DNA from: Eledone cirrhosa | Lineage: Eukaryota | NCBI GenBank assembly: GCA_964016885.1 | Contig: OZ024742.1 | Location: 51,088,001 to 51,152,000, forward strand | Length of the DNA stretch: 64,000 nt | Direction: 5' to 3' | In this document: positions 30,301-43,949 of the stretch, piece after piece | How the letters are laid out: every line of letters begins with the position of its first letter | Numbering within the stretch: position 1 is the first letter of the stretch | Made by a program: the position numbers and the translations under genes | The notes under the pieces: generated by a model | What the model was told of the DNA's origin: nothing | Databases searched by the model: none | The model's input: the letters and a program-made list of their open reading frames with translations, nothing else

Positions 30301-30617
30301 CTCTCTGTGGCTCTAAGCCAGCAGAGTCATAACGACCAGGTTTCTCCTTGACAGTGTAATTAGGGGCTCTAACCCTAGTGCTGTTAGATCGACTCTCCAT
30401 ATTTCTTTTCAATGGCTGACAATACCTTACCGGCGCCACTCGAATAAGCTAGTTATTTAACCCATAAATGGAGCCCTAACAGGTACTACCACCCCGGGCC
30501 AGGACAGACCTGGGAGTCATGACAACTAAGGGGTAACACCACATTCCCCACGTCTCCTGAACTCCCGAACTGGAGCCTTGCCACTGGATGTAGTTTAATG
30601 TCATACCCAGGACATAC
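27311..30617 (-). mobile_element. Near full-length RTE-clade LINE (APE endonuclease plus RT, frameshifted)
   Basis: ORFs 29702-30439 (GTLNVRT, LAIQEH, SAYSPT, GDFNA), 29013-29678 (SDH), 28470-28748 (PVPKKGD, NYRGISL), 28116-28451 (FIDFRKAF, GVLQGDTLAPYLF), 27585-28046 (FLYLG, LLYGSETW). (ATAG)n tail at 27311-27321. Confidence 0.92.
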
Positions 30618-30929
30618 CTTATTCGAGTGGCGCCGGTAAGGTATTGTCAGCCATTGAAAAGAAATATGGAGAGTCGATCTAACAGCACTAGGGTTAGAGC
30701 CCCTAATTACACTGTCAAGGAGCAGTCTGGTCGTTATGACTCTGCTGGCTTAGACCCACAGAGAGGGCCAGTGGATGATGGATCAGCTGTCTCTGAGACA
30801 AATATAAAGAATGCAGTTTTGTCCTGCAGAAGAGCCATCAAAATGGGCACTTTGAACGTGAGGACTATTCGGACGCTGGAGAAGAGAGAGGAGTTGGGAC
30901 ATCTGTTCGAGGAGAGTGGTATACAGATA
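30618..30929 (+). repeat. 312-bp inverted duplication of the RTE 5' coding region
   Basis: Reverse complement of 30137-30448 with a few substitutions; ORF 30627 begins with the same peptide as ORF 30439. Confidence 0.95.
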
Positions 30930-30936
30930 TTACTCT

Positions 30937-31850
30937 CTGTACCCTTATTTCTGTTAATCTTTATTCACTCGCCCTACCCAGCCAGGAATCACACTACATA
31001 TAACCCGGACTAACTGGAGACTAAATATAGTATATTTGCACATTTCATCAGACCTTACCACTTTCAACTTCACATCACGGGTGTGAATAACTAATAATCG
31101 TTTCGTACACGTGATGATCCGACGGACGTGGCGGCTTTCCCGACTGCACGCCAGGCTCTAGGGTCGATCAGCCTTCCTAGAGTGCTTGGAAAAATAAATG
31201 ACCCCTTCTTTCGGTAAATGAAAATACTCGGAACGGGTTCTTCGTCCTGGGTCCTGTCAGGCTTAGAACGCGCCGCCAGTCATTGACCGCCAAACAGTAC
31301 CTTTAAATTCTAGGCTTAATCATAACTTTTAACTTTATCATGCCTCCTTCTACTAGAACTTAACTAAATCCCCCACCAGTGGTATACATGATGGCCAGCC
31401 GGCGGTGGTGGACTTCCCGCTAACACACCCGACGCTGAAGGCAGTTAACATTCCTGGAGTGCTCGGAAAAATAAATTTCCATTTCTTACGCTAGACGATA
31501 ATACTCGGAACGGCTGACACGCAGTTGGGCCCCGGGATGGCCGGGTGTCCACTACGTCACTGGTTATTGACCGCTAAGCATGGGCTTAATATTTACTCTA
31601 TAATTTACCCTGAAATTTTATCGTGCCTATCTATAAAACACTTAAACTATTTCATAAAAGCTCCTTCTGTAAATTCTTTAACCTACAACTTTAAACCTAA
31701 ACCTTATGTTTCTAATTTCACCTTAAATGGCATCTTCTAACTCTAAACATTAATTTAATGTTTCTAATTATAATCGTAATTTCTTTCCATACATTATACC
31801 ACTATATATTACTATATATAGCTTTGTTTAAGATATATGTTCTTTGATAA
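30937..31850. repeat. Unclassified ~1-kb repeat, copy A (left part 27222-27310 separated by the RTE insertion)
   Basis: Aligns along its length with 33070-33980; 27222-27300 aligns with 32993-33068. Confidence 0.85.
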
Positions 31851-31893
31851 AATATTCTTCGCTGCACATTCTAACACGCATGACCAGATTGAT

Positions 31894-32301
31894 TGTAACC
31901 TGATCTCAACGCTGGCCCCTGTTTTTGATGGGGTGGTAGTAGTACATGATAAGCCTACGCCCCTTCACCAGTTGGACATAAGTAGGCTTAATAATCACCA
32001 CTTGTGGGCGGCCGACCAGGGTAGAAACTGCTAAATGTTCGGTCGCCCCCATGTCTCTGATTTTCAGCCCCATGGATTTGTCTATTATATTCCTTTGTTA
32101 TATTTTGAATACCTATATGATGTCACCGGATTCATACTGAACCCGGTTATTGAAATGATCATAGTATAATAAACCTTTTAAGGAATTACACCAGTCCAGC
32201 CTCCTGTTATTTTATAATAATTAACTCCGTACTCGCACTACCAACTACACAAACGAAGACGGTTGAGCTGCTTTACGTTAAGTGCTCTCCATAATATTAC
32301 A
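31894..32301 (+). mobile_element. Probable solo LTR
   Basis: Begins TGTAA and ends TTACA, ~408 bp, AATAAA near 32168. Flanks TTGAT and TCGAA match only partly as a TSD. Confidence 0.5.
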
Positions 32302-32402
32302 TCGAAGTTGACCATACGGAACGACCAGTTCTATCCAGTGGTGAACCAACAAACCTAAATAAATAATGCTCCAGGAAATGTTTATCGCTTTCAGATGTAG
32401 TA

Positions 32403-32505
32403 ATTGTTTCTACATTTGGCACAAGGCCAGCAATTATTCCAGTGTATTACTGGTACTTTATTTTATCGACCCCGTAAGGATGAAAGGCAAAGTTAAACTC
32501 AGATG
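32403..32505 (-). mobile_element. SINE fragment
   Basis: Near-identical to 9243-9340. Confidence 0.8.
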
Positions 32506-32992
32506 TAATAATGAAGAGCGGCACTGACTCCAGTGTACAGCTATCGCCAGCATGGGACTAACTACACACCACTCAGATTTTGGCTGCATTGGGATTTGTG
32601 TACCGCCAACCTGGACCATGCATTGCTGCTTCCCTGTGGGGAATATTCATACTCCGTCAGACCTCATAGATTCTTCAACATATTCTACTAGACCCTGTAT
32701 TGACTGAATTCCCTATCCTATATTTCAGGGCTTTTGGGATTCGCATTGAAAATTAAATCTCGAACATACACTAGGTATCACCTGATACCATTCCTACTCT
32801 TCTATCCTCTATATCTACATGTATAACCTTGCATTCTCCAACCGTGCTATATATTGCCCATTTACTGCACATTGATCTGTATTTTATTTCTTCTGTATTG
32901 TGATTTCTTCGATATGTTCTTATATACTTCCTTTTTACTCCCGACATCACCACCCTAGGTATGACTGCATTTTATTTATGTATTTTACTTAT

Positions 32993-33980
32993 GGTTTTAT
33001 TTATGCAATTATTTACTCGTTTTACTCTCATTATATACGTATCCTTGTACTCATTAGCACACGACCTTTATTACTGTTTATATTTGTTCACTCCCCATCC
33101 AGGAATCACACTACATATAACCCGGACTAACTGGGGACTAAATATAGTCTATTTGCACATTTCATCAGATCTTACCACTTTCAATTTCACATCACGGGTG
33201 TGAATAACCAATAATCCTTTCGTACACGCGATGATCCGACGGACGTGGCAGATTTCCCGACTGCACGCCAGGCACTCGGTTCAATCAGCCTTCCTAGAGT
33301 GCTTGGAAAATTAAATTTCCCCTTATTTCGGTAAACGAAAATACTCGTAACGGTGCTTCGCCCTGGGGTCCTCTCAGACTTGGAACCCGCCGCGCCACCA
33401 GTCATTGACCGCCAAACAGTACATTTAAATTCTAGGCTTGATCATAACTTTTAACTTTATCATGCCACTTTCTACTAGCACCAGTGTGAATAACTAGTAA
33501 TCGTTTGGTATGTACGATGGCCAGCCGGCGGTGGAAGACTTGCCGCTAACACACCCGACGCTTAAGACAGTTAACATTCCTGGAGTGCTCGGAAAAATAA
33601 ATTTCCATTTCTCGCGCTAGACGATAATACTCGGAACGGCTGACACGCCCTTGGGTCCCGTGCGACCGGGGTTCCGATACGTCGCTGGTTATTGACCGCT
33701 AAGCAAGGGCTTAATCTTTACTCTATATTCTACCCTGAAACTTTATCATGACTATCTATAATACACTTAAACTTTTTCAGAAAAGCATCCCTCTGTAAAT
33801 TCTTTAACTAAATCTCACAATTTAAAAGCTAAATCTTATTTTTCTAACTTCATCTTAAATGGCATCTTCTAACTCTAAACATAAGTTTAACTTTCTAATT
33901 GTTAATCGCAATTTCTGTCCATACATTATACCATATATTACTATATGTAGCTTTGTTGAAGATATATGTTCTTTAATAAA
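32993..33980. repeat. Unclassified ~1-kb repeat, copy B (uninterrupted)
   Basis: See copy A; contains two diverged ~290-bp subunits. Confidence 0.85.
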
Positions 33981-33984
33981 AGAC

Positions 33985-34190
33985 AACCTTAACTGTTGGA
34001 GCTTTCTGGAAACTCCAACCGTTATGGTTGTCTTTTTTTCAGGTTATGTCAATATTTATTCATAAAACAAATCTGTATTGTATTTTATCTGATGAAAGCT
34101 CACTATAATTTGCCTTGGTGGCCCTTGAAATATGTATAATAAAATAAATATTGTTTTATAAATATAGTTTCCATTTGTTAATATATTGTA
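33985..34190 (+). mobile_element. PLE-type terminus with hammerhead core, ending at short (TA)n
   Basis: TTTTAT-CTGATGA-AAGCTCAC...GTGGCCCTT-GAAATATGTA-TAATAAAA at 34083-34144. Confidence 0.55.
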
Positions 34191-35983
34191 TATATATATA
34201 TATTAAAATTGGGAAATAGAAGCTTTCGCTGTATATTTTGACTAATGAAATGTTAGCCTGATAATGGGCTTTAGAACACTCTAAGAAATGAGCGAAGATG
34301 AGCAATTGACGTAAACATACTTACTTGTGTGTTTGTGCGTGCGTGTCTGTACGTGTGTGTAAAAAATGGACTTCACGAAATGCGGTAATGGTTGGAAAAT
34401 ATAGATAAACAATCTTATTGATGTTTTCGAGTTACACACGGGTGAAAACTTGCTACTTGCGTTTGATTATGGTACGTTTCTCAGTTTGTCTCCTATCTTG
34501 CAGCATAGAAATGTACGAACATGTTTTGCCGGTGCTTACCATTGTTTTAAAAAGTGTATGTCACTCATTTTGCATATAAGTATATATTTACTGGAGATAT
34601 TGTACATTCTAAAGTTCCCGTTAATTTCCTTCGGATTGGGCATCCCTAGCTATCAATGTATTCATGCTTCAACGTATAATAAATGATAAGTGACATCTAC
34701 AGCGTGTTACTGTTCTTGTCGTGTTAAGTTCATTTATCGTCCTTTTGCATATTACCACTCTTCAAATTGCATATCTCTCTGTTACAGCTTATATCACTGT
34801 GGTTCCCAACTCCTCTCTATTTTTAATGATTCCCATTTCCAAAAGACGATGGAGTTGTTCAATTGGTCGACCTTTGGGGCTAATGGTCACAAGTATATAT
34901 TTGCAGTTCAATATAGGAGCAGTTAATTCTTGATAATATTGCTATTGATGTCAACGTTTACGAGTGAAGTAAAGGTGATGGAATACTGCTAGTTGTATTA
35001 AGACGTGTTTCTGTATATGATCACCAGCATTTGAAACTAGGTATTAAGGGTCTCCGACCAGTTGTGTGCTGTCACATTCAAACAAATTTGCTTTTCATAA
35101 CCTATATTGTAACATTATATTGTGTTTCTTCTTAGAACTATCCAAAAGTTCTAGTCATATAGAAAACAAGACTCAATATAGGTTATGGATAGTCTGATGA
35201 CTAAGCCTGCATAAACAGATACAATAATCTTATACTAAACCAAGAAAATAAAAACACATAACGTGTATCAGCGTCTCATACAAAAGAAACTATTCTATGC
35301 TCAGCAACATGCCATAAAGAGACAACATATAATGACTTGGAGACTGAAAAAGATGACAATATTCTACTTGAAGCAGATTCATAAAGAAACGAAAAAAATA
35401 TGTTCACCAATAGCACATCAATTGCAAAACATAAAAAAAATAAGAAATGAAAAACAACATTAAATATCTCGGTAATATATGGAAGCTCTCCAAATATGTA
35501 TACCTGCAAATAGAAATACCCATGATATGGAGAGATTGGAATGAGAAGCAACACCTATAATAGTTGCCTTGTGCAAGAATAAAAATAGATGCTGTCAATT
35601 ATAAAAAAACAAAACGAAGTCTTACATACAAAGCCTAAAGATGTATATTTATTTGTACAAAGCACTTATAACGTTAAATACCTGTCAATAGAAACAAAGG
35701 CAACAGGAAAATAATAAATTGCAAGTACCTAAGGCGCACTGACATATCCTTCCATTTGACGCTAAGGCGAGCAAAATGAATGCAGCTACTAAAGTAATAG
35801 TAATGTTTGAAAATCACCAGAAAGGTATACGATTTCCATGTAAGAAACTTTCCATCTTCCGTTACATTTCACTAGAAAGTATAACGCTAAAAGATTATAA
35901 TTCACACACACACGCACGCACACACACATACACACACACATACACACACACAAGCACTTACATATATGTATATATATACAAAA

Positions 35984-36345
35984 GTAGTTCCCCAACAGCA
36001 AGTTCACCATTTCTGAAAACAAATGTTTCACCTTATTCAGATCATCAGCTCGGTTGAAATGGGGATATACGGAAAAGAAAAAAACAATTATACGAATACG
36101 CATATGCAGAAACATTCCCTTCCCAAAGGGGAGATAACCTACGTTAGATCCGAATAAGGTGGGCGCGCATTCGTACAATTGTTGTTCCTTTTCCGTACAA
36201 TCTCATTTAAACGGAGCTGATAATCCGAATATCGTAAACCAATTGTTCTCGGAAATGACGAACTAGCTCTTGTGGAACTATTTCTTCCAAACTCGTCGCA
36301 TTCACTGAGTCCTCTACTACGGATGTAACCCACCACTGTTCTACT
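35984..36345 (+). mobile_element. Naiad-type PLE terminus with inverted partial copy and two hammerhead cores
   Basis: 36160-36345 is homologous to 2150-2340 (gagctga..atcc, aactcgtc, actgagt.ctctac, tgttctac). 35984-36110 is its inverted copy, with intact CTGATGA-TCTGAATAAGGT-GAAAC on the minus strand (36048-36025). Followed by (TA)n. Confidence 0.75.
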
Positions 36346-36348
36346 ATT

Positions 36349-37700
<1,352 letters not shown>

Positions 37701-38545
37701 CGTGTTTCGAGCTTTACATCAAGGCAAGTATCAGTATATCGTTGCTACACATCACTTTGATATTTGTTTTACCCCTTTCGCTAACTACATGTTTTCGTGT
37801 GGGGTATGGTTTTTAAAGTTTTGGCCATTCTCTTTGCTGGTTACATGGGTTTCTTTTTCTTTATTTTTCCTTTTTGACTCTACAAACCTATTTACCAAAA
37901 TCGATTAATTCTTGTTTTGTAACAGAAAGCGAGTTTGTTCTTCGGTTCGTTTGTTTTATTTCCTGTTTTGTAAATTCTTTTGTTTTTATGAAAATTATTA
38001 TATGTTGCTTTGGTGTCAGAAAGTACATTTTAACTTCAGTTCATTGAACCATTTCCTGTTATGTTTTTCACGTTCACTTTGCTTTAATTTTTGATTGACT
38101 TTTTCTAAGCTGTTTATCGAAAGATTGTACATTTTAGTTCATTGATCATGTATCCTGATTTTTGTAAGGCTGACGTTGGATAATTTTATAGTTTGAAATT
38201 GTTTTCATTTTTTTTTATGTTAAAGTGCCTGCATAAAACACTAGCTATACAGAACAAATTAAAACATATTTCAACTGTTATATAGTCCCAGAAATGAATA
38301 AATATTTATCTAAATAAAACTAGAAAATGTATACAAACCCCTAATGACTAGAAAAAAAGAATCATAAACATAATATATCTTCTGAAACAATGAATTTGAA
38401 AACCGAGCATGAAAACATAAGGGTTTTACCTAAAAGCTGCTATGACATGAAATTGAAACCGCGGGAAAGGAATTTAGTTTCAATAACACATTTGCATGCA
38501 TCACACTTTACTGTTTTCTGACACTTTCATAAAGATGACATTTAT

Positions 38546-38710
<165 letters not shown>

Positions 38711-38712
<2 letters not shown>

Positions 38713-39707
38713 TAGTCTTAGATTCTTACGCGCCGTTCGGCGCATCGAGCAGTAAGTACTCGCCTACGGTCACGATCAGCGGCAACTTTTTCGAGACCGT
38801 TCCAGGTGATGTTGGCTGCCATCAGGTCCTTCCGGAACGTTCGTCGCCAGGTGATCCTTGGGCAACCCCGCCTCCGTTTACCGCAAGTCGGAGTTCAGTT
38901 CATCGCTATTTTCGAATGCTATTCTTTTGGCAGATGCAGATATGGCCAGGCAGACGGCACCGACGCTCCGTGACCACTTTCTGTCGCGTCCACGACTCGG
39001 CTCTCCACAGGATCTCCTCGTTTCGTACTCGGTCGCCCCAGGACACATGAAGGATCTTTCGCAGGCACCGCTGGTGGAAAGCGTTCAGCCGTCTCTCTAT
39101 TTTTGCCGTACCGTTCCAGGTCTCGCTCGCATAAAGCACTGTCGGCAGCACGATGCTCTTGTACAGGCAGAGCTTGGGCTTGGTGCTAATGCATGAAGAC
39201 GACCAGACTGGGCACAGCCGCTGGAAAACTGCGGCTCCTTTGGCGATCCGACAGTTGATGTCGAGCTCTGCGTCGCCGCTGCTTGTCAGGATGCTGCCCA
39301 GATAGGTGAAGTGATCGACTTCCTCGTGGTCCCGTTGGTTAACTCTCAACACTGACCCTGTGTTGCTGGCCGTTCTCATGATCTTGGTCTTTTTGGTGTT
39401 GATTCTGAGGCCGATCTTTTCCGCACTCTCTTGTAGAGATGTTGTTAGGGCTTGCAGATCTGCACTGTTTTCAGCGATCAGAGCGATGTCGTCGGCGAAT
39501 GTCAGTTCCCTCAACCTCGACTGCCCCCACCACGGGATTCCTCGACCGGGTCCTTCATCCATTCGCATTAGTACGATATCGGCTGCCAGTAACAACAGTG
39601 GAGAGAGAATGCAACCCTGTCTGCCTCCGGAGACAATGTCAAAGAACTCCTTCGCACCGGACGCAGTCCCCACGCAGCAGCTGGAGTGTTCATACAGGGC
39701 CTTGAAA
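38711..39707 (-). mobile_element. RTE-clade LINE, 5'-truncated RT C-terminal half
   Basis: ORF 38906-39913 has GRQGCILSPLL, FADDIAL, GLRINTKKTK, FTYLGS, LYASETW and FHQRCLRKIL. Short-repeat tail near 38711-38728. Confidence 0.92.
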
Positions 39708-39738
39708 ATGTGTATGTGAATGTGTGTGTGTATATATG

Positions 39739-39789
<51 letters not shown>

Positions 39790-39871
39790 TTACACACACA
39801 CACACAGACACACACATATACATATATATATAGAGAGAGCTATATAGATATAGATATATATATAGATAAAT

Positions 39872-42800
39872 AAATGTCTTTATTAGCCACAAGGGCACAA
39901 CAGAAGGGGACAAATATAAATGGGGAGTTTACATACAGGTATATGAAAATAAAACTATTAATAACAAATAACAATTGAAATCCCCAATAGGGGGGAGCTG
40001 TTACACAGGGGTTGTACACACCCCGAAAAAATGTACAACCCTCATCTCCAGGAGCACCAATAGTGAGTACTTCCTCTCTTTCGCTTTTTCCTCAACCTAC
40101 AGGCTTATATAGCGACAAGGCCCAACCACTCGGGCCATCTTTACCACATTCACTCACATTTTATAAAAATTGCTGGGGTATAACACCTCTCTCTCCATCC
40201 TGATTCTTCTTCCAAATTATATTTGAAAAAACGAATCAGTTCCTCGCCGGAGAGAAAGGTGTCTGACCTCAGCCCTTTTAATATCGTCCACCATATAACC
40301 TCTTTCACCATAGTCATAACACATAGGAAAACCGCCTCTCCCTCGTTTTTGAAGGAGGGTGGCGGTTTGATCATGACAGTTGTCTCGGTGGTCAACTGGA
40401 TTGGTCCCACCCGCGACAATAGTCGTTCTACATAGCCCCACAGGTCGGTAACGCCCGGGCAGTGTACGAATGCATGTGCGACGGTTTCCTCGTCACGCGC
40501 GCATCTCCGACAGATCTTTTTCGAAGGTTCTCTACCCGGGCGCCTGTGTCTGTAAAGCTTGTCTCGAACTGGTAGAGCTCCTCGGTAGCACTCCCAGGCC
40601 AGAGACTTTTGGAAGTAGTCCATTGGTCCCGGGCGGAAGGTCCTACCGAACAGAGTGGCCAGTTCGTCCTCCTCTACGCCTACAGTTTCTCCGAGCGTGT
40701 CGTCGCACTTGCTGTGGGCCAACCCTCAATAGACTGTCGAAGTGGAGTCTCCACTGATCGCCGGGTCCGTTTGCCAGAGGACTGTGAGCGCCTGAGCACG
40801 TTCGATGTGCCAGTCGCCCATTTTCCTCGGACTTTGCTTGACCCAGGGCTGCAGCTCGGTCAGCGAGACGAGTCGTGGGAAGGCTCGCCTCACTAACGGA
40901 GCCCACACCGGGTGTCTGGTGCTGAATACGTGGCGGTGCCGCAGCCTGAGCGCGTGTTTGCGCATCGTCAGCTACGGAATCCCCAGCCCTCCGTTTGAAG
41001 GATGTTGGCAGCAGATGGATCTTCTCACCAAAGGAGCCCGTTTCTTCCAAAGGAATTGGAAGAGCCCGCGCTCCATTTTCGTGAGCGTTTTGGCTGGACA
41101 AGGCACGACGGTCAAGCGGTAGTAGATGACGGACGCTATAAAAGTGTTCGCCACGTCCGCTCGACTTTTCAAGGATAGTTTGCACTCGGCCCACTTCCGG
41201 GTGAGCGCAAACACCGTTGCCGTCACCTCGTTCCAGTTCTTCTCCAACTGCAGGCCCGGACCAAACCTGGCCCCGAGCAGCTTTGCCAGTCCTTCCGTCC
41301 AGCGTCCAACGACGTCATCGGAAGGCATCGGTTTGCCTCTCCACGTTCCGAGTTGCAAACCGACGGATTTGTCCCGGTTCAGCTTCGCTCCTGTTAACCT
41401 TTCGTATTCCTCCAATAATGTGCCTATCTCCCCGATTTGCGAGGTGCTCGACACTATTACTGTCAAGTCGTCGGCGTAGGCCAACGCCACTTTCCGCAGT
41501 CACGGTGCAAAAAGGGATGCCCTGCAATAGCTCCAACTTCCGCAGTAGTGGCTCGAGAGTCAGTACGTACAGAAGGGAGGAGAGAGGGCATCACTGTCGG
41601 ATGGATCGCGTGATATGGAACGGCTCCGAGAGGTAACCGTTCACCTTGACCCTTGAGCAGATGTTGCTGCTCTGCATTGCAGCAATCCAGCCCCTGAACA
41701 CGGGTCCGAAGCCTGCCGCCTCGAGCACCGCATCCAGGTAATGATGGTCAATCCTATCGAAAGCCTTAGACTGATCTAAGTTGATCAGGGCCCCACCGAA
41801 GCTGGGTTTACACCCTACCCTCTGTATGATGTGTCGCATGAGGTGAAGGTTGTCGTGTATGGACCTGGTCGAGATTATGCATGTTTGCGCTTCTCCCACC
41901 AGGTTTTCGACGACAAGCGCCAGCCTCTTTGCCAACACCTTGGCCAAAATCTGTAACACTGTGTTGAGCAGAGTTATGGGACGGAAGTAGCCTATGTGAT
42001 CCCGCTTGTTCTCGTCCTTCCTGACTAACGTGATTACGCCCTTGATCACAGAGCTGGGAATTCTCCCGTCTGCTGCCAGTTGCAGTAGACCGTGTAGTGA
42101 CCTACATTCCGCGGGCTCACAAACATTCTGTGTGCGTGATTTGGCTCAGCTCAGCCAATCAGCGCCAGTAGAAGAGGATGTATCCCCACGCGTTCTGAGG
42201 GAGAAATAGCCCGCAAAGATTGAGGACGCTAAGACTCGCAGCTGGACCATGCTAAAGTAAACACCGCTTGTTCTTTTGCTCTATAAGCACAAACAGTATG
42301 TAACGACAAAACATTACCTACGAGCCTGGCGAAACGCCTTCAGCCAGTCGCCCGTATTTTCTCTTGTAATCTTAATTGAATTATTTCATTTCTCTTGGCA
42401 TGCCAGCTTAATTCACTTCTTAACCTTGGTTAATAAATAATGTAAAAACAAGCTAAAGTCGTTGTCGATATTCCTATCATATCTTTCTACCAAACCTGGT
42501 TCCTCGTGCAACATTACCAACTTCTAAACATAATACTTCTCCGCTAAATTGGTGACAATATACCTACATCAAAACCGCTTCCAGGAGACCGGAGAACAAG
42601 TCCGACATTGCTACGTAAAATTCGTAGGGTACCCCGTCGAGACCTGGAGATTTGCGTTTGTCGCATTGGCTCAGCCCGTCCCCTACCTTAGCGGCCGAAA
42701 TCGGCCTTTCGCAGAACTTCGCCTCGCTGTCCGAGAGTCGCGGTAGGCCGTCGAGGTATGAACCCAAATCCATAGCCCCTCCCGGCGCGCCGCCCTGCCC

Positions 42801-43648
42801 GAACAGTTGAGCAAAATGTCGCTGAAAAGCCGCGCACATTTGCTTCGGCTCACGTATCACGCCTCCGTCTTGGTCCTTGAAAGACCGAATCGTAGACTTG
42901 TCACTTTTCACCTCCGTCACTTGGGCCCAGCTAACAGCTTTGGCTCCCTCGTCTCCCAGAGCACGTAGTTTGCTTCTGACAACGCAGTCTTCATGCTTTG
43001 CGTCGAAGAACTGGTCCAAGGCCGTTCTCGTCGCTAGCACGCTGGCTACATTGCAACTCCTAAGTGCCTCTTCTACTTTATCTACCAGTTCCTTTTCGGT
43101 ATTATTCCTATCTAACACTAATTCATTACTAAAGCCTATCGAGTCTAATCTAACTCCCCTTTTGAGAGAGTACCACCATCTGTTGTTGACAATGGCCCCC
43201 GTCAAGTGCTTCTTAACTAAAGTGCTAATCCGTCTATTGCAGGCTTTGCATGAGGTAACGACAAGTTCAGCTTCCATAGCCGGGTCCCTGTCTATGGGTT
43301 TTGTCAATGTTTACTAAGCAGGTCACTAATTTGTGATCTGAATATACAACCATGAACATTTGTGGACAGCTTAACATGTCCCTATACTTCTTTCTAACTA
43401 GAACCCTATCTAGGTACGATCTAGATGTTCCGCTAAGATAGCCCACGTCCACAGTGGCACAGTCGGAAAATCTAATCGATATCTATCGGGCAGGTCAAAT
43501 CGGCCGATTAAGTGTTTCAGGCTGTTACACCCCCTCTATCGAGACATGCTCCCACATAGTCCCCACTTGCATCTAGGATTCCATTCCAGTCCCCCACTAA
43601 CAGCAGGGAGCGGGGCGTACCCAGAAAAGTATCTAGACGTTTGAAGAT
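39872..43648 (-). mobile_element. Tx1/L1-clade LINE ORF2 (APE, RT, C-terminal Zn finger), frameshifted, interrupted by an LTR
   Basis: GDWNGILD, SDHKLV, KSPGLDG, FRPITLLN, LDQSKAFDRIDH, AYADDL and CRRCARDEETVAHAFVHC in successive minus-strand ORFs. Confidence 0.92.
42093..42573 (+). mobile_element. Probable solo LTR nested in Tx1
   Basis: Starts TGTAG, has CTACA at 42564-42568 and AATAAA near 42434. ACCG is duplicated at 42089-42092 and 42574-42577; removing the insert restores LLEAVYCNWQQ in Tx1. Confidence 0.7.
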
Positions 43649-43949
43649 ATAGATAGATAGATAGTTAGATAGATAGATAAATATATAGATAGATAGATAG
43701 ATAGATATGTCTGTGCGCGCGTGTGTGTGTGTGTATACTATTGAATCTGACAACAGAATCATAGCGAGCAAGACCCACCACACTATTACGATGAATATAT
43801 GTCAAACATTTTCAAATCAACCCCAAAATATTTCGTGAATAATCAACCCATTTCTACAGCTATTTAAACCGGATGACCATGAAATAAAAGAGACCCAACT
43901 TCATTAATGTAGGACCGACCCTCGAACCACTAAGCCATGCGCCTTCATC

